Shown in pieces: positions 1 to 5,442 of a DNA stretch of 11,060 nt. Positions within the stretch are counted from its first letter, which is position 1; each line of letters begins with the position of its first letter. Under the pieces are notes generated by a model. That model was not told the origin of the DNA. It saw only the letters and a list, made by a program, of their open reading frames with translations, and did no database searches. This stretch comes from a bacterium. GTDB lineage: Bacteria > Arandabacterota > Arandabacteria > Arandabacterales > JALGWA01. The position numbers and the translations under genes were made by a program. Where the stretch lies: assembly GCA_050125095.1 (NCBI GenBank), contig JASFEA010000104.1:1-11060 (forward strand), in the 5' to 3' direction.

Positions 1-26
1 AAAGGCGGGGAAAATCCCGCCTTTTT
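1..26 (+). terminator. Rho-independent terminator of an upstream gene outside the window
   Basis: Perfect 9-bp stem AAAGGCGGG (1-9) / CCCGCCTTT (16-24), 6-nt loop, T-run at 22-26. The leading A-run hints that it may be bidirectional, but it is cut by the window edge. Confidence 0.8.
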
Positions 27-49
27 GCATTTGAGGCTCCGGCCCTCCA

Positions 50-162
50 GGCCCCGTGTCCGACCCGGTCCCTGATCACGTTCCCGGTACCATCCCCGCT
101 CACGTCCCCGGCCCTGTCCTGGCCCTGCTTGGGGTCCAGTCCCAGATCCGGTTTCGGTCCTC
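50..162. repeat. Degenerate C-rich hexamer tandem repeat (approximately GNYCCN)
   Basis: G recurs every 6 nt (50,56,62...116, except A at 92), then after a 1-nt phase shift at 121,127...157. TCACGTTCCCGG (76-87) and TCACGTCCCCGG (100-111) are 24 nt apart. Confidence 0.55.
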
Positions 163-307
163 CCGCCATGTCCTACGCCCGAGGACGCCAGTTGTTGAGG
201 CCTGATGGCCATCTCAGGTTCATAGCCTGCCGTCCCCGCGACGCGCGCCCGGCAATAAAGGCCCACTCCCGCCGGGACCATTAGAACAAGTTTCCGGAAG
301 ATTTTTC

Positions 308-335
308 TTAAGGTCGTTTCACGTCCTGTCGATAG
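308..335 (+). promoter_or_regulatory. Putative sigma28 (FliA) promoter
   Basis: TTAAG (308-312), 15 nt, GTCGATAG (328-335), compared with consensus TAAA-N15-GCCGATAA. Lies in a flagellar locus. Confidence 0.65.
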
Positions 336-398
336 CAACTGGTGAAAGTTGTCAATTTTGAATCTTGGTTCGAGGGATTGACAGGAAGGAGCCAAAAG

Positions 399-782
399 TT
401 GGAGCGATTGACCCCGAAGCGAGAGGCCGGAGCCCGGACAACCGGCGCCGAAGACGGAAAAGAAATCGCACAATTCGAAAGCGACGGCAAGAATGTCCCA
501 TGCGCTTCACTCAATAATCCCCGCTGCCTGAGCAGAAAACACAACCGTTGTTGCGGAGAGAAACACGAGCCGAAGCGCAACGACTGGGAATCTATTTCCG
601 CTTCTGTAAATGGCGGAAGAAATGAACGGAAGGATTGCGCTTCGACATGTGCTCCTAAAGCCAGGTGTGGCAAGCGCGACGGGAAATATGTTTCGGGCGC
701 GGCCGACCTGGCATGTGTGTTGCTGTTCGGTCAGACCATGAGCGAATTGATCGAATCGGAAGAGAATTCCGGGAGCAGGTAA
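399..782 (+). CDS. Possible hypothetical Cys-rich protein (127 aa), uncertain
   Basis: SD AGGAG (387-391) 7 nt before TTG399, downstream of the sigma28-like promoter. Its stop overlaps the next start (TAATG, 780-784). No recognisable domain, and it overlaps the sigma54 promoter. Confidence 0.3.
   Translation: MERLTPKREAGARTTGAEDGKEIAQFESDGKNVPCASLNNPRCLSRKHNRCCGEKHEPKRNDWESISASVNGGRNERKDCASTCAPKARCGKRDGKYVSGAADLACVLLFGQTMSELIESEENSGSR
709..724 (+). promoter_or_regulatory. sigma54 (RpoN) -24/-12 promoter for the orphan-kinase-regulator operon
   Basis: TGGCATGTGTGTTGCT: GG (710-711)-N10-GC (722-723), close to TGGCACG-N4-TTGCW; ends 57 nt before ATG782. Confidence 0.85.
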
Positions 783-1168
783 TGGACGAAAGACATGACG
801 GGTTCTCGGATTGCGCGGTCTCCAACTTCGCCCTCCTCATGGAATCGGCGAGAGACGTCATCGAGGGCATCAGGGAACTCTCCAGTACGGTTGAGGCAAG
901 GGTCATGGAGTCGGCACCCATGGACGAAATCATACCCCTCCTTATGGAAAAGAGAGACCGGGTGGGCGTTCTCCGCGATCTCTCGCGGGAGATCACGGTT
1001 TCGCTGGGCGCTTCTGAGACGGGCAAGGTCGGCGTGCCGCTTTCGGATAACTCCAAGCAGCAGTTCCTGGATCTCGTCGCCGAGTTTCAGGACCTCATCG
1101 ATGAGGAGTCTACGCTTGAGAATCTCGTCTGCAAGCAGGGCCTGAGAATATCGGCGAGGAGGAAATAG
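782..1168 (+). CDS. Hypothetical helical protein (128 aa), possibly a FliT/FlgN-like flagellar chaperone
   Basis: SD GGAG (772-775) before ATG782, coding-like codon usage, stop abuts the kinase start. Segment MDEIIPLLMEKRDRVGVLRDL loosely resembles FliT/FlgN helices (inference only). Confidence 0.75.
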   Translation: MDERHDGFSDCAVSNFALLMESARDVIEGIRELSSTVEARVMESAPMDEIIPLLMEKRDRVGVLRDLSREITVSLGASETGKVGVPLSDNSKQQFLDLVAEFQDLIDEESTLENLVCKQGLRISARRK

Positions 1169-2614
1169 ATGGGTCTCGCGGTGAAAGATGCGCGGGCTAA
1201 CGGCACGACGGACGCCATGACGGATGGCATGACCGACGCCATGACGGATGGCATGACCGACGCCATGACAGATGGCATGACAGACAGCATGAAGACCAAC
1301 ATGGCGACCGGCCCAAAGGACGGCGTGAAAGTTGTGATGGAGGCGGGACCAGGCGGAGTCGAGGTCCGCAAGGACGGGCTGGGCGCGCCGCTTTCCAATC
1401 TCTCCGACGCCATCGGGGAGCTTCAGCAGGCCTGCGAGCAGCTCCGGACCTCGGTGGGCGGCATTAACCTCGATCTCGAGGAGAAGAACGAGAACCTCAA
1501 GGCCGCGCTCGCAACCCATGGAGAGACCCTCGCATATGTGGAAAACATAATCGCCAACATACCGAGCGGCGTCATCGTCGTGGACCGGAACGGAAGGGTC
1601 GTGCTCCTCAATGGAGCCGCCGAGGCCATGACGGGCTATTCGAACGCCGAGGCGGAGGGCGAGTCATATAACAAGGTCCTGGGACGCGGCGTTCCCGAGA
1701 AGTCCACGCCGCTCTATACGCTCGCCACGGGAAGTCCCGCGAGGCAGGGCGAGAAGAACCTCTCTACCAGGTCGGGAAGAAGCGTTCCGGTGAGCTACAG
1801 CACTTCGCTCATACTCGACGGCCATGGCGAGATATGCGGGGCCGTCGAGGTGCTCACCGATCTTACCAGGATGAAGCTCCTGGAAGAGGAAGTAAGCCGC
1901 ACGCGGACTCTGGCCACCATCGGCGAGGTAGCCGCGATGGTGGCGCATGAAATCCGCAACCCTCTGGGTGGAATCAAGGGTTTCGCGAGCCTTCTGAAGC
2001 GGGACCTGGCTTCAAGACCCGACAGCCTCGCCCTCGTCGAGAGGATCTCGGAGGGCATCGACAACCTTGAGAGAATCGTCTCGGACCTCCTGACTGCGGG
2101 CCGACCCGAGAGACTCGAGCGCGAGCGCATAGAGCTCGCGCGCGAGGTGAGAAAGCTCATCGAGATGTTCGAGCTCGCCGCCGGGGGCGAGGACAGGCGG
2201 GTCTCTTTCGAAACCTCGTTTTCCGAGGAGCCCTTCTACTGCAAGGTGGACCTCGAGAGAATGAAGCAGGCGCTCACCAATCTCGTCCGGAATGCAATGG
2301 ACGCGATGGACGTAGAGGGGGAAATAAGGGTGAGCCTTTATACGAAAGACCGCGGTACTCCGGAGAGCACCAACGGCGCGAAGCCGGTGCCGGCCAGGGA
2401 GTACATGATCATAGAAGTAGCCGACACGGGTACGGGTATGCCCGACCATGTCCTGGAGAGGGCATTCTCCCCGTTCTTCACCACCAAGAGTGACGGAACC
2501 GGGCTGGGCCTTGCCAATGTGCGCAAGATGGCGGCCCTTCACGGCGGTGAAGTGAGATACGAGCGCGGGGAGAGCGGCGGCTCGCGATTCCTTATTGAAA
2601 TACCGAGGTGGTAG
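1169..2614 (+). CDS. fleS: Cytoplasmic PAS-domain sensor histidine kinase, FleS/FlrB/FlgS type
   Basis: SD AGGAGG (1157-1162); coiled coil then PAS ([26 protein letters not shown]); H-box [12 protein letters not shown]-box [14 protein letters not shown]1 DTGTGM; F/G2 [16 protein letters not shown]. No transmembrane segment. The gene name comes from architecture and synteny. Confidence 0.9.
   Translation: MGLAVKDARANGTTDAMTDGMTDAMTDGMTDAMTDGMTDSMKTNMATGPKDGVKVVMEAGPGGVEVRKDGLGAPLSNLSDAIGELQQACEQLRTSVGGINLDLEEKNENLKAALATHGETLAYVENIIANIPSGVIVVDRNGRVVLLNGAAEAMTGYSNAEAEGESYNKVLGRGVPEKSTPLYTLATGSPARQGEKNLSTRSGRSVPVSYSTSLILDGHGEICGAVEVLTDLTRMKLLEEEVSRTRTLATIGEVAAMVAHEIRNPLGGIKGFASLLKRDLASRPDSLALVERISEGIDNLERIVSDLLTAGRPERLERERIELAREVRKLIEMFELAAGGEDRRVSFETSFSEEPFYCKVDLERMKQALTNLVRNAMDAMDVEGEIRVSLYTKDRGTPESTNGAKPVPAREYMIIEVADTGTGMPDHVLERAFSPFFTTKSDGTGLGLANVRKMAALHGGEVRYERGESGGSRFLIEIPRW
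1205..1312 (+). repeat. In-frame 12-bp tandem repeat encoding MTD[A/G], with a 24-bp higher-order unit
   Basis: ATGACGGATGGC ATGACCGACGCC occurs twice perfectly (1217-1264), flanked by degenerate units. Protein reads [36 protein letters not shown]. Confidence 0.95.
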
Positions 2615-2645
2615 CCGTGAAAACGGAAACCCTGGGAGGATGACA

Positions 2646-4046
2646 ATGCGACCGAAGGGAGACGCCAGACGCATTCTGGTGGTCGATGACGAAGCGCTCA
2701 TGAACGATTTTGTGCGGGAGATTCTCGTTCGACGGGAACACGAGGTCGATCAGGCCATGGACGGCGATACGGCGATCCAGATGTTGAGGGAGAAGAAGTA
2801 CGACCTCGTTGTGACCGACAAGAAGATGCCCGGTACCGGCGGCATGGAAGTTCTCAAGGCCGCCGGTACGCTGGCACCCGAGGCCAGAGTCATCATGATG
2901 ACAGCCTACGGGACTGTGGACGGCGCGGTTGAAGCCATGAAGCAGGGCGCATTCGACTACATCATGAAGCCCTTCGACGCCGACCAGATCGAAGAGGTCG
3001 TGGAGCGCGCCCTCGCCGGAGGCGCGAATGAGCGTTCGCCGCTCAAGCCCTCGTTCGACATCGTGGGGAAGAGCGAGAAGATCAGGAAAGTGCATGACCT
3101 CGTGAGCGTCGTCGCTCCCACCAACTCCACGGTTCTCATAACGGGCGAGACGGGCACGGGCAAGGAGCTCGTCGCCCGCGAGATACAGCGCCTGAGCAAG
3201 CGGGCCGACAGGCCTTTCGTAAGACTCAATTGCGCGGCGCTCCCCGACGGCCTCATGGAGAGCGAGCTCTTCGGTCATGAGAAGGGCGCGTTCACCGGGG
3301 CGCTTCGCAAGAAGATGGGGAAGTTTGAACTCGCCGACTCCGGCACCATGCTCTTAGACGAGATCGGTGAGATAGGAATGCAGATGCAGGCGAAGGTGCT
3401 GCGTGTTCTGCAGGAAAAGGAATTCGAGAGGGTCGGCGGTGACCGCATACAGAAAGCCAACGTGCGGATCATTGCCACAACAAACAAGGACCTCAAGGCC
3501 GAGATGGAGTCGGGCCGGTTCAGGGAAGATCTATATTACCGCCTGAGCGTATTCCCGATTGACCTGCCCTCGCTCAGGCAGCGCAAGGAGGACGTCCCCG
3601 AGCTCGTCAACCATTTCATCGAGAAGTACAGGCCCATTGCGCGGAACAGGGTGTACGGAATCGAAGACGGGGCCCTTGAGATGCTCATGGCGCATGACTG
3701 GCCAGGGAATGTGCGTGAGCTGGAGAACTGTATCGAGCGGGCTCTCATAATCGGGAAGGGCCCGCTCATCACCAAGGATGAAATAGTGCCGCCGGCGAGC
3801 GCGTCCCGCAAGGGCTCAATGAGCCTCGACCCCGGCGTCAGCTTGAGAGAGATGGAGAAGGTGCTCGTCTTAAAGACCCTCGAGTCGGTGGGCTGGAACA
3901 GGACTATCGCCGCCGGCAAGCTCGGGATCACTACGAGGACTCTCCGGAACAAACTCAAGCAATACAAGGAGGAAGGAATTTCTTCCAGGGCGGAAAAAAG
4001 CTCCTTGACCGGCGTCCCGGAGAGGGAGCCGGTCCTCACGCCGTGA
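2646..4046 (+). CDS. fleR: sigma54-dependent NtrC-family response regulator, FleR/FlrC/FlgR type
   Basis: SD GGAGG (2635-2639) favours ATG2646. Receiver (VVDDE, VTDKKMPG, MTAYG, KPF), Walker A GETGTGKE, ESELFGHEKGAFTGA, Walker B LLDEIGE, FREDLYYRL, WPGNVRELEN, Fis-type HTH NRTIAAGKLGITTRTLRNKL. The gene name comes from synteny. Confidence 0.93.
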   Translation: MRPKGDARRILVVDDEALMNDFVREILVRREHEVDQAMDGDTAIQMLREKKYDLVVTDKKMPGTGGMEVLKAAGTLAPEARVIMMTAYGTVDGAVEAMKQGAFDYIMKPFDADQIEEVVERALAGGANERSPLKPSFDIVGKSEKIRKVHDLVSVVAPTNSTVLITGETGTGKELVAREIQRLSKRADRPFVRLNCAALPDGLMESELFGHEKGAFTGALRKKMGKFELADSGTMLLDEIGEIGMQMQAKVLRVLQEKEFERVGGDRIQKANVRIIATTNKDLKAEMESGRFREDLYYRLSVFPIDLPSLRQRKEDVPELVNHFIEKYRPIARNRVYGIEDGALEMLMAHDWPGNVRELENCIERALIIGKGPLITKDEIVPPASASRKGSMSLDPGVSLREMEKVLVLKTLESVGWNRTIAAGKLGITTRTLRNKLKQYKEEGISSRAEKSSLTGVPEREPVLTP

Positions 4047-4078
4047 GGCCGTAATCCCCGCTGATATAGCGGGTTACG
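4034..4078 (+). terminator. Tandem hairpins at the 3' end of the regulator gene (possible terminator or RNA-stability element)
   Basis: CCTCAC/GTGAGG (4034-4048) spans the stop codon. CGTAA-tc-CCCGCT / AGCGGG-TTACG (4050-4078) follows. Only a weak pyrimidine tail (TCTT). Confidence 0.4.
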
Positions 4079-4103
4079 TCTTCCCGGACGATCGGGCCGA
4101 CTC

Positions 4104-4119
4104 TGGCTCGGAAATTGCG
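4104..4119 (+). promoter_or_regulatory. sigma54 -24/-12 promoter for the flgB operon
   Basis: TGGCTCGGAAATTGCG: GG (4105-4106)-N10-GC (4117-4118), 40 nt before the flgB start and directly downstream of a sigma54 activator gene. Confidence 0.8.
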
Positions 4120-4159
4120 AAGTGGGGAACTTGCCGGTTGGTATATACAGGAGGCGAAT

Positions 4160-4561
4160 ATGGAAAACGTGGGAATCACAACTGACGGAGCGGCTGCCAG
4201 GCTCAAGCGAGTACTGGACCAGACCGCCGCCCGCCAGAGGGTTGCCGTCAAGAACCTGAGCAACGTGACCACGGATGGATATGAACCCAAGAAAGTCGAG
4301 TTCTCCGAGGAGCTCAATCGCGCTTCCGGGAAGGTCAAGATGCTGAAGACGCATGAGAGCCATCTCACCTCGCAGCGCGAAGCGGCGGCGACCCGGGGTT
4401 ACACCGAGGTTGTGGATGAGGAAGCCATCGACAACCCCGAGATCAGACTCGAAGAGACCGTCGCCGAGCTGGCGGACGCCGAGCTGGCTTATGCCACTGC
4501 GGCCAAGCTGATGGCCAAGCGCACGCAGACTCTGAGAACCGCCATAACGGGGCAGTTCTAA
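4160..4561 (+). CDS. flgB: Flagellar basal-body rod protein FlgB (divergent)
   Basis: SD AGGAGG (4149-4154) before ATG4160. LD...RQRVAVKNLSNVTTDGYEPKKVEF, central MLKTHESHL, C-terminal LRTAITG. Directly upstream of flgC. Confidence 0.9.
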   Translation: MENVGITTDGAAARLKRVLDQTAARQRVAVKNLSNVTTDGYEPKKVEFSEELNRASGKVKMLKTHESHLTSQREAAATRGYTEVVDEEAIDNPEIRLEETVAELADAELAYATAAKLMAKRTQTLRTAITGQF

Positions 4562-4577
4562 GTGAGGGGATAGCGCA

Positions 4578-5081
4578 ATGTCAAAGATGCTCTTCAATGT
4601 AATGAAGACCATAGGAAGCGGGCTGTCGGCCCAGCGCAGGAGAATGGAAGCGATAGCTAATAATATCGCGAACGCCGAGACCACGCGCACCCAGGATGGC
4701 GGGCCCTATCGCAGGAAATCTGTTGTGATCAAAGAGATCACAGCCGAGACCAGGGTGCCCTCGAGGAACTTCCGCACCTCGCTCAGACTCGCCACCACTT
4801 CGCCCACACATATGAGCGGCGCGAGAGCCGGCATCACAGGTGCGGAAACCGTGGAGGTGCCCGAGATGGATGTGCGGACTCTGGAGGATTCGCCCGCGCG
4901 CGTGAAGGTAGTATATGACCCTCACCATCCGGACGCTGACAGCAGCGGCTATGTCGCCTACCCGGACATCAACCCTGTCGAAGAGATGGTGGACATGATG
5001 ACGGCCTCAAGGGCGTATGAGGCGAACATCGCCGCGATGTCGACCCTTAAGAGCATGGTTAAGAAAGCGCTCGAGATGTAG
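4578..5081 (+). CDS. flgC: Flagellar basal-body rod protein FlgC
   Basis: [68 protein letters not shown]. Confidence 0.98.
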   Translation: [167 protein letters not shown]

Positions 5082-5095
5082 CGAGGAGGAAGCAG

Positions 5096-5410
5096 ATGAG
5101 CGGGATGAAAGTGAACGGCATAGATCCTTCGACGCGCATATTCAAGATGCCCGAGGAGCTACCCAAGCCCAGACCCCGGGGAGGGGAACAGGGTTCCTTC
5201 GGCGGAATGGTAAAGGACGTCATCAAGGATGCCGTGCAGGCTGACCATGAGGCCACTGCCGCGATAAATGACTTCGCTCTAGGAAATATCCAGGACGTTC
5301 ACGATGTCGTGCTGGCGGTCAACAAGGCCAACATGGCCATCGGGCTCCTGGTTGAGGTTAGGAACGGACTTATAAACGCGTATAACGAGTTATCCAAGAT
5401 CTCGATGTAG
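5096..5410 (+). CDS. fliE: Flagellar hook-basal body complex protein FliE
   Basis: SD AGGAGG (5084-5089). SFGGMVKD...FALGNIQDVHDVVLAVNKANMA...VEVRNGLINAYNELSKISM. Lies between flgC and fliF. Confidence 0.96.
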   Translation: MSGMKVNGIDPSTRIFKMPEELPKPRPRGGEQGSFGGMVKDVIKDAVQADHEATAAINDFALGNIQDVHDVVLAVNKANMAIGLLVEVRNGLINAYNELSKISM

Positions 5411-5442
5411 GCGGCCACAGTGACCGTGGCGCAGGAGGCGAC

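Noticed and set aside
1..169. Minus-strand frame containing AGDVSGDG (FG-GAP-like)
   Set aside because: A by-product of the hexamer repeat. It has no well-spaced SD and runs through the terminator.
378..406. sigma70 -35 hexamer TTGACA
   Set aside because: No -10 box at the right spacing (GGAGCG at 17 nt). The hexamer is explained as a hairpin arm.
351..412. FleQ-box half-sites GTCAAT / ATTGAC
   Set aside because: The half-sites are 20 nt or more apart, not in the 14-bp FleQ arrangement.
455..500. c-di-GMP-I riboswitch resemblance (ATTCGAAAG...GACGGCAAG)
   Set aside because: No GGCAAA element, and the GAAA is not closed by a proper stem. An Rfam scan would settle it.
251..500. Minus-strand sigma54-like sites at 252-265 and 487-500
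   Set aside because: Spacing is GG-N9-GC rather than the obligatory N10, and there is no credible divergent gene.
665..781. Upstream ORF-track extensions (starts 665, 2595, 4115, 7958)
   Set aside because: They overlap promoters or the previous gene. SD-supported starts lie downstream (782, 2646, 4160, 7973/7982).
1205..1312. Repeat considered as a CRISPR array
   Set aside because: The 12-bp units have no spacers, are in frame inside a gene, and there are no cas genes nearby.
5414..5430. Small hairpin GCCAC/GTGGC before the fliF SD
   Set aside because: Only 5 bp with no U-tract, which is expected by chance at this GC content.
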